Assembly: GCA_965263295.1 (NCBI GenBank)
Contig: OZ253665.1
Span: 1,280,001 to 1,344,000 of the forward strand
DNA: 64,000 nucleotides
Source of the DNA: Spirochaetia bacterium
GTDB lineage: Bacteria; Spirochaetota; Spirochaetia; SP-2023
Direction: 5' to 3'
How positions within the stretch are numbered: position 1 is the stretch's first letter; each line of letters begins with the position of its first letter. Under the pieces are notes generated by a model. The model saw only the letters and a list, made by a program, of their open reading frames with translations. It searched no databases and was not told the origin of the DNA. Both the position numbers and the translations under genes were made by a program. Positions 27,281-37,669 of the stretch are shown one piece after another.

Positions 27281-28498
27281 ATGTTTCACTTGTTGAAAAG
27301 CGACAGAAAGAATATCTTTGCGCGACTGCTCACCGCCTGGTTCATTTCCTCAATCGGCGACTGGCTCTACAAACTCGCTCTGCCGCTACTAGTCTTTGAG
27401 ATGACCGGATCGGCGGTCGACATGGCCGGCACTTTCGCCTTGACCTTTCTGCCTTTTCTGATCTTTTCGCTGGCCGGCGGGGTAATCGCCGACCGTTTCC
27501 AGCGCCGCCGCGTCCTGATCATTTGCGATCTGAGTGCCTTTGCCCTGCTCATAGCCCTGGCGCTGGCGGGCGACTGGCTCGCCTCCATGCCGCTGGTTTA
27601 TATTCTGGTTTTTCTGGTCGCCTCGGTCACGCCGATCCATCATCCGAGTTTCCAGGCCTTCATCCCTGAGATTATCGCTCATGACGATCTGCCGAAGGCC
27701 AATGCGCTGGTCAGCGCTTCGGACAACATCATTTCGATCGCCGCACCGATCCTGAGCGGTTTGATCGTCGCCGTGATCGGCCCGACGCAAACGATCATTC
27801 TCAACGCCCTGAGCTTCCTCGTCTCCGCCCTGCTCGTTGGCTCCATTCCCTTTAAGGTCAAAGAGAAAACAGACGCGGCGCGACGGAAAATCGCCGACAC
27901 CCTGCGCGAGGGCTTTGCCTATGCCTGGTCCCAGCCGGTGCTCAAATACGGCTCGCTTTTATTCGTCGGCAGCAATTTCGCCATCAATGTATTTCAGGCC
28001 AACTTGGTTTTTTATCTGGCCGACATTCTTCATGCCTCGCCGCCAATCATTGGCCTGGTCTTCACCCAGATCGGCATCGGCGCGCTGATCGGCTCCATCG
28101 CCGCGCCTTGGCTCATCAAGCGCTTTGAGTCCGGGCGCATCATCGTGATTTCGACGATTCTGGCCAGACTTTTCACCTTTCCCCTGCTGTGGGTTCGCAG
28201 CCCCACAATGGTCGGGGCGGTTTGGGCGCTGGAAACGGCCTTTGGCACTATCAACGCGGTCACATATTTTACCTTGAGACAACGCAGCGTGCCCAAGGAT
28301 ATACTGGGACGGGTGGTCGCCGTGACCCGCCTCGTTTCTTTTTCGAGCATCCCGCTGGCCTCGCTGATCGGCGGATTATTGCTGGCGCAAACCAATATCA
28401 CGGTCATCATTCTGGTTTGCGCCTGCGTGCGGCTGGCAACCGGCATGCTCGCCACGCTCTCGCCGTTGATGCGCTCTCCGTCCCGGCAGCCTGGTTAA
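27281..28498 (+). CDS. MFS transporter (MefA/DHA3-like)
   Basis: ISSIGDWLY, motif A GGVIADRFQRRRVLIICD, RQRSVPKDILGRV; ATG 27281 after AGGAG. Confidence 0.9.
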   Translation: MFHLLKSDRKNIFARLLTAWFISSIGDWLYKLALPLLVFEMTGSAVDMAGTFALTFLPFLIFSLAGGVIADRFQRRRVLIICDLSAFALLIALALAGDWLASMPLVYILVFLVASVTPIHHPSFQAFIPEIIAHDDLPKANALVSASDNIISIAAPILSGLIVAVIGPTQTIILNALSFLVSALLVGSIPFKVKEKTDAARRKIADTLREGFAYAWSQPVLKYGSLLFVGSNFAINVFQANLVFYLADILHASPPIIGLVFTQIGIGALIGSIAAPWLIKRFESGRIIVISTILARLFTFPLLWVRSPTMVGAVWALETAFGTINAVTYFTLRQRSVPKDILGRVVAVTRLVSFSSIPLASLIGGLLLAQTNITVIILVCACVRLATGMLATLSPLMRSPSRQPG

Positions 28499-28560
28499 GA
28501 TAGGAGCTATAGGAGCTGTCGCATTTTAGCTCGCATAATAAATGCCATTCGCATTCAGGT

Positions 28561-31500
28561 CTATTGCAGGCTGCTGAGCAGCTTGTGCAGGGCGCCAGTT
28601 TTCTGCCGCAATGCCTGATTGTTATCGCTTTTTTGCATTTGCTCAGCTCGATCAATTTGAGCAACTGAATCAAGTGGCTCGCGCTGCAAGTAGTCGGCGT
28701 TGCGACTGGTTTTCTTCTTGCCGTTTTTTTTGCCGCCGCTGCCAGGCTGGCGCCTTGCGGCGGCTTCACGTTGTTGTGCCAGCGCCTCCTCTAGTTCCAA
28801 ATAAGCTCCCAGATCGAGCAACAAGGAGTCACTCTGTTTGGGATTAATGTGGAAAATCTTCGGATAGCGCTGAATTTGCCGCATGATCTTTTCCAGGGGC
28901 AAGGAGCGGGCCTTGGAAAATCGTAGCTCCACATGGTTCTGCCGCTCTTTCAAAAAGTTAATACCGAGCTGCCGGCAAGTAACGCGCAGCTCGGCCAGTG
29001 AGAGCAGTGAATGGACTTCATCGGGGGGGGGGCCAAAGCGATCAAACAGCTCTTCATAAAAATCACTTAGCATTTCGGTGCGATCAATTGAAGAAATTCG
29101 TTTATACAAGTCAATTTTCTCCGTGGCATCGGCAATGTAAAAATCGGGAATATAGCCACTGTAGTCCAGTTCCAGCGAGATTTCCTCGGCCAATTCAGGT
29201 TCTGCGGCTAGCGCCGCAGAACCTGAATTGGCCGGGCGGCGACTCGTTTCCCCGTTCTGCTGGTCGAACTGGTAGCGGCGCTCGCTCATGGCCTTGGCCA
29301 GCATACTGGTGTACATCTCAAAACCGACCGAAATAATATTGCCCGATTGTTCGGGCCCCAACAGATTGCCAGCGCCGCGCACTTCTAGGTCTTTCATGGC
29401 CACTTTAAAACCAGAGCCTAGCTCGGTAAAGTCCGAAATGATCTTTAGGCGCTTCAGGGCCAGGTCACTCAGGCCGCTGCGATCGGGGTAGAACAAATAA
29501 GCGTAGGCCAGCTGATCGGAGCGGCCGACGCGGCCGCGCAGCTGGTACAGCTGGCCAATGCCGTAACGGTCGGCGCGGTCAATAATAATGGTGTTGACGT
29601 TGGGGATGTCGATACCGTTCTCGATAATGCTCGTGGCCAGCAGTACGTTGAAACCTCCATGGACAAAGCGATACATGATATCTTCCAGCTCCTTGCTGTC
29701 CATCTGACCGTGGGCCATCTCAATTAGGGCTTCGGGCACCAGCTCGCGCAGGAAGAGCAAAATTTCCTCCAGACTTTCGACGCGGTTGTGCAGATAGAAA
29801 ACCTGACCACTCCGGCTCAATTCTTGGCGTATGGCGCTGGCAATGCTCTGGGGGTTGAATTCACGCACAAAAGTTTCCACTGGATGGCGGTTGCGCGGCG
29901 GCGTCGTCAACATGGAAATATCGCGAATTTGTACCAGCGACATGTGTAGAGTGCGCGGGATCGGCGTAGCCGACATCGACAGGCAATCCACGGAGGTTTT
30001 AAGCAGTTTTAATCGCTCTTTGTGCTTGACGCCAAAGCGTTGTTCCTCGTCAATGACAATCAGTCCCAAGTTCCGTAAGTGGATATCCTTGGCCAGGATG
30101 CGGTGGGTACCGATCAAGATATCCACTTCACCTTTTTCGAGCGAACTCATCACGGCCTGCTGTCGCTTGCGCTCGACAAAGCGCGAGAGCATGCCGATGC
30201 GCAGCGGGAAGCGGGCAAAGCGCTTGCAAAAGTTATGGTAATGCTGTTCGGCCAAGATGGTAGTCGGACAAAGGACCAGGACCTGGCGGCCATTGCTGGC
30301 CATTTTAAAACTGGCACGCATGGCGACTTCGGTCTTGCCAAAACCGACGTCGCCGCACAGAAGGCGATCCATTGGTTTGGGGTTTTGCAAATCACCCTTG
30401 ATTTCCGCGACGGCCCGCAGCTGATCTGCTGTCGGCTCGTACGGGAAATCAGCCTCAAATTCTTCCATCAAGTCGTCGTCTGGCGGGCAACAAAAACCGT
30501 CCGACGCCGCGCGGCGGGTATACAGGCGCAGCAGGCGGTCGGCCAAGTCCTCCACGGCTTTTTGAGTTTTGTCCTTGCGTTCCTGCCATGCTTTGCCGCC
30601 GATGCGGTCGAGGCGCAAGTTAGCGCTCCCACTGCCGATGTAGCGCTGCACCATATTGACTTGTTCAATGGGCACAAACAGAGTGTTGTCGTCCGAGTAC
30701 TCAATGGCCAGGTAGTCGCGCTCCACGCGCGAAGTGCCGATGCGCTCAATGCCCTTAAAACGGCCCACCCCGTGCTGCACATGGACCACCAAGTCACCTT
30801 CTTTGAGTTCGACAAAGGAACTGATGATTTCACTTTGGCTCAGGCGTTGAGCGATACGTTCTTCTTTGTCGCGACGTTTGCCCACGTTTGCAGCGCCTCG
30901 GCCGCTTCTGCCCGTGCCCAGGATTTGCCATTCCTGCAGCAAAGCCAGCTTTTGCCGGGGAAACAAGGCTCCCTGACTCAGTTCGCCGTCGAAGAACTGC
31001 AATCTCTCGCCATAATTAAGGATGAAATCTTTGAGTATATGCCGCAGGCGCTGGGCCTGGGCCGTCGAACTACAACCAATGGCCACCTGGTATCCCTGCT
31101 CCAGCCAACGGCCAAGGTCTTCACTGAAGCGATTTAGGTTACCTTGATATTGCAAGGTGGCTTCGATGTCCAGAGGCCAGGGTTGGCCCTCAAACTCGTC
31201 GGTGATGACAGCTGCGCGGCAACGCGATTGTATGCGCGCTAGATTGACCGCAAAGCGTTGTGGATGCATTAGCTTGCGCTGCACAATTTCGGGCAAAAGA
31301 TTCTCGTTCAAGCGTTTGCCCGTCACATTCTTTTCCGGCCGAAATGCTTGCAGGCTCTGCTGGTAAAGCGCTTCTAGTTCTTGCAGGAAGGCCGCTTCTT
31401 GTCGTTCAATGCGCTGATAGCCCCAAAACAAAACCAGCGTCTCGGCATGGCTGCCGCCGCGCATGTAGTCCAGCAGATTGGCGGGTTGATCCCAGACCAG

Positions 31501-32496
31501 AGGGAAGAGCAGTTCTTCGGTTCTGATTTCCTGTTGCCGGGCCAATTTATCCAGCAGCTCGTCGATTTCGCTTTGCTGCCTCCCCCATAGCTCGTCCCAG
31601 TTGTCGGGCATCTCGCTATAGCCGAGGTCCTCGGGCCGTGCTTCGAGCAGCAGTTGCTCCAGTTGCCTGCGCAGCTGTTTTTGCTCGGATTCTTGCCACA
31701 GTACTTCCCGCAAGGGAAATACGCTAAACTCAGGAATGCCGCGCCGTGAGATTTGGCTGCTGGTATCAAAAATTTTGAGCATTTCGATTTCATCAAAGCC
31801 GAACCTTACGCGCACGGCCTCATCCTGTCCCGGCGGCAAAAAGTCCAGAACTTCGCCGCGCAAGGCGTACTCGCCTGGCAGACTGACGCGTGGCACCTGG
31901 TAATAGCCGTAGCTGCTCAGCAGTTCAGCCAGCTGGGTCGGTTGCATGGCGCTGCCCGCTTGCAAGTGCAAGATACTTTGCGAGAAGATTTCTGGTGGAG
32001 GCAGCACGTCGCCCAGGGCGCGCAGGCTGCATAAAACCAGGAGTGGTGGCTGTGTCTGTCGTTGTTCCGCTCGCTGCCAGAAGTGGATTTGCGCCAGAAC
32101 CGAGCTGCGTTCGGTGAACACGCGGTTCTGAGAGCGGATGCCCTTATACAGACTGCTGCCCCAACTGGGAAATATCAGCGCTTCTAGGCCCAGGGCCGCC
32201 AGGTCGTTGGCAAGTTCCCCAATGTCTTCACTGTTGGGCATGACGACTAACAGGCTGTGGTGCTGCTCAAGCAGCTGTGCCACGGCCAGAGCCGGGCTCA
32301 GCTGTAAACGCTCGCGCCAGCGCGCGCAGTTGCCGGCCTGCGCTTCTAAAGCTCTCGTCGCCAGGCCGGCGCCATCTTGCTGTGGCTGCGAAAAAACTTT
32401 ATCGCGCAGCAGCTGGTAAAGCAGCTGTGGGCTGTGTAATTTTTCGGAGATATTTAACGCTTCATTCACGGCTGTAGGCTTTGCGGACGGCTTCAT
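28561..32496 (-). CDS. mfd: Transcription-repair coupling factor
   Basis: UvrB-like GEYALRGEVLDF, CarD-like VVHVQHGVGRF, CGDVGFGKTEVA, DEEQRFGV, SATPIPRTL, QLRGRVGRS, DLEVRGAGNLLG, TRCF domain. Confidence 0.97.
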   Translation of the reverse strand: MKPSAKPTAVNEALNISEKLHSPQLLYQLLRDKVFSQPQQDGAGLATRALEAQAGNCARWRERLQLSPALAVAQLLEQHHSLLVVMPNSEDIGELANDLAALGLEALIFPSWGSSLYKGIRSQNRVFTERSSVLAQIHFWQRAEQRQTQPPLLVLCSLRALGDVLPPPEIFSQSILHLQAGSAMQPTQLAELLSSYGYYQVPRVSLPGEYALRGEVLDFLPPGQDEAVRVRFGFDEIEMLKIFDTSSQISRRGIPEFSVFPLREVLWQESEQKQLRRQLEQLLLEARPEDLGYSEMPDNWDELWGRQQSEIDELLDKLARQQEIRTEELLFPLVWDQPANLLDYMRGGSHAETLVLFWGYQRIERQEAAFLQELEALYQQSLQAFRPEKNVTGKRLNENLLPEIVQRKLMHPQRFAVNLARIQSRCRAAVITDEFEGQPWPLDIEATLQYQGNLNRFSEDLGRWLEQGYQVAIGCSSTAQAQRLRHILKDFILNYGERLQFFDGELSQGALFPRQKLALLQEWQILGTGRSGRGAANVGKRRDKEERIAQRLSQSEIISSFVELKEGDLVVHVQHGVGRFKGIERIGTSRVERDYLAIEYSDDNTLFVPIEQVNMVQRYIGSGSANLRLDRIGGKAWQERKDKTQKAVEDLADRLLRLYTRRAASDGFCCPPDDDLMEEFEADFPYEPTADQLRAVAEIKGDLQNPKPMDRLLCGDVGFGKTEVAMRASFKMASNGRQVLVLCPTTILAEQHYHNFCKRFARFPLRIGMLSRFVERKRQQAVMSSLEKGEVDILIGTHRILAKDIHLRNLGLIVIDEEQRFGVKHKERLKLLKTSVDCLSMSATPIPRTLHMSLVQIRDISMLTTPPRNRHPVETFVREFNPQSIASAIRQELSRSGQVFYLHNRVESLEEILLFLRELVPEALIEMAHGQMDSKELEDIMYRFVHGGFNVLLATSIIENGIDIPNVNTIIIDRADRYGIGQLYQLRGRVGRSDQLAYAYLFYPDRSGLSDLALKRLKIISDFTELGSGFKVAMKDLEVRGAGNLLGPEQSGNIISVGFEMYTSMLAKAMSERRYQFDQQNGETSRRPANSGSAALAAEPELAEEISLELDYSGYIPDFYIADATEKIDLYKRISSIDRTEMLSDFYEELFDRFGPPPDEVHSLLSLAELRVTCRQLGINFLKERQNHVELRFSKARSLPLEKIMRQIQRYPKIFHINPKQSDSLLLDLGAYLELEEALAQQREAAARRQPGSGGKKNGKKKTSRNADYLQREPLDSVAQIDRAEQMQKSDNNQALRQKTGALHKLLSSLQ

Positions 32497-32570
32497 AGCG
32501 ACAGTGTAAGCGTCTGCATAAAAATGACAATCCCGCAGGTACTGATTGTTTTAGAACGTTTCCCCTGACT

Positions 32571-32614
32571 GGCGGTAAAAGAGGCAACGCTTATGCGTCG
32601 CCTCTTTTACCGTT
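32571..32614. terminator. Long stem-loop downstream of dksA
   Basis: GGCGGTAAAAGAGGCAACGC-TTAT-GCGTCGCCTCTTTTACCGTT. Confidence 0.75.
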
Positions 32615-32638
32615 ATCCGAAAATTTGCTAACAAAGAT

Positions 32639-32989
32639 TTAACGTCCTTCGGAACCTTTCTGGCAGTCAATACACAATGGAGCATAGGGAATAGCGATTA
32701 AACGCTCTTCATCTATCTTCGCACCACACTTGACACAAAGCCCAAAACGTCCATTATTGATGCGACCAATAGCGGCCTCGACTTTGTTCAAGCGGTTTAC
32801 ATCCTGCGTGCCCAGTGCCTCCAGCAAGCGGATATCAATGTCATTTGAAGCTAAGTCCACGCTATCTTTTACAGAATCATTACTCGCAGCATCCAGAAAA
32901 TCAGCGCTTTCGGAGAGAATATTCTCCAATATCTGCGCGCGCATTTCATTCAACCGCTGCAACATTTTTTGACGAAATTGTTCTTCCAT
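32639..32989 (-). CDS. dksA: DksA/TraR family RNA polymerase-binding transcription factor
   Basis: Coiled-coil tip DSVDLA (DxxDxA); C4 zinc finger CVKC...IDEERLIAIPYAPLCIDC; RBS AAGGAGG. Confidence 0.88.
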   Translation of the reverse strand: MEEQFRQKMLQRLNEMRAQILENILSESADFLDAASNDSVKDSVDLASNDIDIRLLEALGTQDVNRLNKVEAAIGRINNGRFGLCVKCGAKIDEERLIAIPYAPLCIDCQKGSEGR

Positions 32990-33159
32990 TATACCTCCTT
33001 ACCCGGAGAGGGAATAAAGTTGGGCAAAATTAATCATCACCCCACGGTTTGTCAAGTAGGCTGTTTATATTACAATGAACATAGACGGGCCATTATTGAA
33101 TTCTCAAAATACGCCTGATTTTTAACATGCATTAATTAGGGAATTTAAGAATAAAAATC

Positions 33160-34335
33160 TTAAACGGTGATGTCTTGCAGGAGCTCAAGCATAAAGTCTC
33201 CCGTCCTCGCTCCCGTGTCAAAACCACTGACAGGGAAACGCTCCCACGCCCGCTGCACGGCGCGGTCCAGCTTGTCCGCCGCTGCCGTGAAACCAATATG
33301 CGACAACAGCAAGCTGGCAGCTCGCATAATTGAACGTGGGTCGACATAAGGCAAGCGGCCTTCAGCGATCAGGCGCGGTGCCGAGCCGTGAACCGGCTCA
33401 AACATTGCATATTTGTCGCCGAGATTAGCGCTGCCAGCCGTACCTAAGCCCCCTTGAATCTCCGCGGCCTCATCTGTCAATATATCTCCATAAAGATTGG
33501 GCAAAATCAATATTTGAAACTTCTTACGCAATTCTTTGTCAATCAGGTTCGCCGCCATAATGTCGACATACCATTCATCAATTTCCAACTCAGGAAATTC
33601 TTTTTGGGCAATTTCCTTGCAAATTTGCAAAAAACAGCCGTCACCGCTCTTGATTATATTGGCCTTGGTGACAATACTGACACGTCGTTTAGCTCGGTTG
33701 CGGGCATATCGCATCGCACTGCGGGCAATGCGCTCCACTCCGGGACGCGTGGTCACCGCAAAATCAAAGGCCAGTTCACAGCCATTTTGGAGCCCTTCGA
33801 GCATCAGGCCTTCAGAGCCAAGGATATAGGCCCCTTCCGTATTTTCACGAAAAAAGCACCAGTCGATGCCTTGTTCTGGGACGCTGACCGGTCGCACATT
33901 GGCATATAGATCCAGCTCCCGGCGCAAAGTCACATTGGCGCTCTCCAAGTTGGCTACACCCTGGCCAGCCTGCGGCGTTGTCGTTGGCCCCTTTAGCAGC
34001 ACATGACAGGACCTTATCTGCCGCAGGACATCCGCCGGTACAGAGCAATTTTGTGCCAGGCGATTTTCCAATGTCAGGCCTTTTATGTCGATCAGCTCGA
34101 CCTTGCCCGCAGCCATCTCTGTCCGCAGTAGGACATTGAGCACTTGCTCGGCATACTCGACGAGCACCGGGCCAATCCCGTCGCCACCCGCAAGAGCAAT
34201 GCGCATACAAGGCAAGTTGGTCAAATCCGGCAACTGCTTAGCAGATTGAATCCTTTGCGACCGCGCCTGTTGCTTTTCGAGCATATTGCGAAATTTGGTC
34301 AAAGCTCCTTCAATATCCAAATACTGCTCCGTCAT
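33160..34335 (-). CDS. Isocitrate/isopropylmalate dehydrogenase family protein
   Basis: GDGIGP, KGPTTTP, SANVTLRRELDLYANVRP, RENTEG, PNLYGDILTD, MFEPVHGSAP; substrate not resolvable by eye. Confidence 0.9.
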   Translation of the reverse strand: MTEQYLDIEGALTKFRNMLEKQQARSQRIQSAKQLPDLTNLPCMRIALAGGDGIGPVLVEYAEQVLNVLLRTEMAAGKVELIDIKGLTLENRLAQNCSVPADVLRQIRSCHVLLKGPTTTPQAGQGVANLESANVTLRRELDLYANVRPVSVPEQGIDWCFFRENTEGAYILGSEGLMLEGLQNGCELAFDFAVTTRPGVERIARSAMRYARNRAKRRVSIVTKANIIKSGDGCFLQICKEIAQKEFPELEIDEWYVDIMAANLIDKELRKKFQILILPNLYGDILTDEAAEIQGGLGTAGSANLGDKYAMFEPVHGSAPRLIAEGRLPYVDPRSIMRAASLLLSHIGFTAAADKLDRAVQRAWERFPVSGFDTGARTGDFMLELLQDITV

Positions 34336-34781
34336 GGCTTATCCTCCAGGAATCTTCTCAATGTAACGGCCGTAAAAATAATTTGGCAAGAAAATTACAG
34401 GCGGCAGAATCTAGCATAAATACCGGCATTTTGCAAATATGTGCAGGCTGACAAAGTGGTCTTCAATGTGATTGTGGCCTCTCAAAACAGGGTTGCGGCT
34501 ATTTCAACATCTTCAACATTGTGCGGAAGGTTCAGAATCTGAAATAATTTTGCACTCAATTGCCGCGAGAGAAAAGAAAAATACTCACGGATGACTTGAT
34601 CTGTAAAATTATTTTTTGCCATCAAATAGATAAATATCAGAAGACTGATGTGTGAAAGATTTATAATTCTGTCAATATTTGGACTTAAACTCATATAAGA
34701 GGATTTCTCAAACTTGTATTCTGGCATTATTTTATGTTAAAATCCGCCTAAAATATCGCTCAGAGAGTCAAGGGAGGTCTC

Positions 34782-36122
34782 ATGCTCATTTTAACCCTAA
34801 ATTGTGGTAGCTCATCGGCAAAATTTCAAATTTATGATTGGAAGGCCAAGGAAATTTTACTGGTCGGCCTGGTCGAACGTATCGGCCAATCTAATACCTG
34901 CCTGGAAATCAGTTTGCAGGACGGTTCCGAACAAAAGCAGGAAAAGAACTGTGAAGATCACGACCAGGCGCTCGCTTGGGTCATGAATGCAATTCAGCAA
35001 TCCGGGGTAGTCAAATCGTTAGAAGAAATCAAAGCGGTGGGTCATCGGATGCTACATGGTGGTGAAAAATTCACCAAATCAACCATTATTAACGAAGAAA
35101 CGATGAAAGTTTTTGAAAGTCTGGTAGACTTAGGCCCGCTGCATATGCCACCCAATATTAGTGGCGTCAAAGCGGCACAAAAGGCCCTGCCCCACGCTAC
35201 ACATTGTGCCGTGATGGATACAGCCTGGCACCAAAGCATGCCAGCTCAGGCTTATATGTACCCGCTACCTTACGAATGGTACCAGAACTACTCTGTGCGT
35301 CGCTACGGTTTCCACGGGACTTCCTATCTCTACACGGCAAAGCGTGCCGCCGCCTTATTGGGCAAAGAGCCCAAGCAGACGAACCTGATCATTGCCCACA
35401 TTGGCAATGGCGCCAGTATGTGTGCCGTTAGAGATGGTATTTGCATCGACACCACCATGGGGCTGACGCCGCTTGAAGGCCTAATGATGGGAACTCGTTC
35501 CGGCGATATTGACCCGGCAATTATTCCCTTTATGATGGAACGCCTGAATTGCAGCTCCAAGGATATCGACAACTATCTCAACAAAAAAAGTGGCATCCTG
35601 GGAGTGACGGAAGGTTTAATTGATCGCCGCGATGTCTACCAGAAGTGCGAAAGTGGCGATGAACGCCCCAAACTAGCTTTTGACATGGAATGCTACCGCG
35701 TCCGCAAGCAAATTGGAGCCTACACCGCCGCTCTGGGTCGCGTCGATGCTCTGATTTTTACCGCTGGTGTCGGAGAAATGAGTCCCGAATACCGCAGAGG
35801 CATGGCTGAAGGCTTGGATATCCTTGGCATTCAGCTCGATTCGGAAAAGAATACGGTATCCCGCACACGCAATTGCGAGACCCGCATTTCCAAAGATAAC
35901 TCACCGGTCGCGATTTTTGTCATTCCTACCGATGAAGAACTGGTCATGACGGCAGATGCCGTGGCTTTGATGGAAGGCACCTACGATGTGCATACGAAGT
36001 TTCATTATCATTTCGCAGACGCCCAATACAAGAATCCAGCTCGTGAAAGAGAGCTGCAGAAAAACCTAAAAAAGGATCCTAGACTACAAGATATCATTGC
36101 CCTGCCACCCAATCAAGGCTAA
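34782..36122 (+). CDS. ackA: Acetate kinase
   Basis: LNCGSSSAKFQ, VGHRMLHGG, RRYGFHGTS, TTMGLTPLEGLMMGTRSGD, FTAGVGE, IPTDEE. Confidence 0.96.
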   Translation: MLILTLNCGSSSAKFQIYDWKAKEILLVGLVERIGQSNTCLEISLQDGSEQKQEKNCEDHDQALAWVMNAIQQSGVVKSLEEIKAVGHRMLHGGEKFTKSTIINEETMKVFESLVDLGPLHMPPNISGVKAAQKALPHATHCAVMDTAWHQSMPAQAYMYPLPYEWYQNYSVRRYGFHGTSYLYTAKRAAALLGKEPKQTNLIIAHIGNGASMCAVRDGICIDTTMGLTPLEGLMMGTRSGDIDPAIIPFMMERLNCSSKDIDNYLNKKSGILGVTEGLIDRRDVYQKCESGDERPKLAFDMECYRVRKQIGAYTAALGRVDALIFTAGVGEMSPEYRRGMAEGLDILGIQLDSEKNTVSRTRNCETRISKDNSPVAIFVIPTDEELVMTADAVALMEGTYDVHTKFHYHFADAQYKNPARERELQKNLKKDPRLQDIIALPPNQG

Positions 36123-36572
36123 AATGCCCAATAAATTGTATGCGGAATAGATTGCTGCTCAATGAATCAATCACTTTTCTGTATACAATTTACCAAATAT
36201 TAGTTGCAAACGAATTTTATTGTGTCCAAAGAATGACGGCCTTAATATTGCAGCCTGATACTTCGATAGGGCAACGAACTGTCGTTTTGACAAGAATTTC
36301 AAAAGAATCAACAGATGCACTCTCAACAGTTTGCGAGCTTTAACGAAGCCCCTTGCATTCTGTAGTAGTTCATAGCATAATCTTGCAGTTAGCAATATTT
36401 ACGGCTGCGAACCGTGAGTGAGTAACTTCAGCCCAGCGCCAACGACATTATTAAATGCCCAGGCATGCGGTCTGTGGACAAATGACATGTTTGATATTTA
36501 TGTAGCCTTAAATTTAGCGAGGCGGGCTATCTGGACAGCTGCGAGGACAATGAAGGCGGGTGGAACCTAGCT

Positions 36573-37577
36573 ATGGCAAAAAATACTGGACTAAATTTCG
36601 CAAGGAAAAGTCATTTGAGGAAATTCTGTTTGCTTTTGCTCTCATCACATCTATTCATGTGGGTTTTCCCGTTGAACGCAGAGGATAACCTGATTTTAAA
36701 TGATGGGCGCACCCTACGAGGTTCCATATTGTCCATGAGCGACGACACTATCGTTTTTTATGACGCCCAAGCGGATAGCCGGCGACGTATTCCCAAAGCT
36801 TCTGTCGTGGGGGGGCGCTTTGGAGATGCCCCCTTAAAAACCAATGCCACGCCCGAAAATATTCTACAAAGTAACAGCCCCCCTCTGCTCCACCTTTCCT
36901 TTGACCAAAGCTTTGAAAATCTCGGGTCAGAAACGGCAGAAATAATTAGTAATGGCACCATTCCCTTCAGCGATGACCCGCGCAACGAGCCGAAAAAATC
37001 TGTATTGAGCACCGGTTCGGGCAGCTATGTCCGCATCAAAACCACACCCGTACTCAATACACTCAAAGAGTTTTCAAGCAGTTTCTGGTTTCGCAGTCTG
37101 GATACTCATCGCCCACAGTATTTGGTCAGCAAATGGAAAGCCGCCTACCTTAGTTCCCAGACCGCAGACGGTGTGTTTACAATCGGATATACAAATCCGG
37201 GAGGCAATCTGTTTATCTTCTTGGTGGACCAGAACGGCGCTTATCATCCATATTCTATCGACAACGCCATCCAGGACAACCTGAGTTGGAATCATGTTGT
37301 CGTCAGTTTTGGAAATCAACAGTTAAACGTATATATTAATGGCAACCTGGTTTCTTCCAACGATATCAGCTACGAACTATTTCGAGACAACAGCTCTGAT
37401 ATCCTTTTGATGACAGCAATTTACCGAGATGCGGATGAGAGCGGCAATATTAAAGAGGATTTCAGCACATTTAACCTGATTGGGCAAATGGATGATTTTC
37501 GCTTGTGGGACAGGGCCATAACCTCAGACGATGTGCGCAACTTATACCGCAACAGCTACTCCGTCAGTGGCTATTAG
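36573..37577 (+). CDS. Exported LamG/concanavalin-A-like jelly-roll domain protein
   Basis: Signal peptide; FSSSFWF, WNHVVVSF, LNVYINGNL, GQMDDFRLWDRAIT. Confidence 0.8.
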   Translation: MAKNTGLNFARKSHLRKFCLLLLSSHLFMWVFPLNAEDNLILNDGRTLRGSILSMSDDTIVFYDAQADSRRRIPKASVVGGRFGDAPLKTNATPENILQSNSPPLLHLSFDQSFENLGSETAEIISNGTIPFSDDPRNEPKKSVLSTGSGSYVRIKTTPVLNTLKEFSSSFWFRSLDTHRPQYLVSKWKAAYLSSQTADGVFTIGYTNPGGNLFIFLVDQNGAYHPYSIDNAIQDNLSWNHVVVSFGNQQLNVYINGNLVSSNDISYELFRDNSSDILLMTAIYRDADESGNIKEDFSTFNLIGQMDDFRLWDRAITSDDVRNLYRNSYSVSGY

Positions 37578-37669
37578 CGATGCCGCATGCATTCTGTGTC
37601 TTCGTAGGTATTTCTCAAGTTTTTTGTGATTATTTTGTGCGGGCAAACGAGCAAGATAACGGATAAAGT

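Noticed and set aside
30079..31137. 352-aa plus-strand ORF
   Set aside because: It is fully antisense to the conserved mfd core and has no recognisable motif; it is a shadow ORF
36380..36572. tmRNA/SRP/6S RNA candidate
   Set aside because: It has no tRNA-like ends, tag peptide or SRP loop consensus; kept only as a generic leader finding
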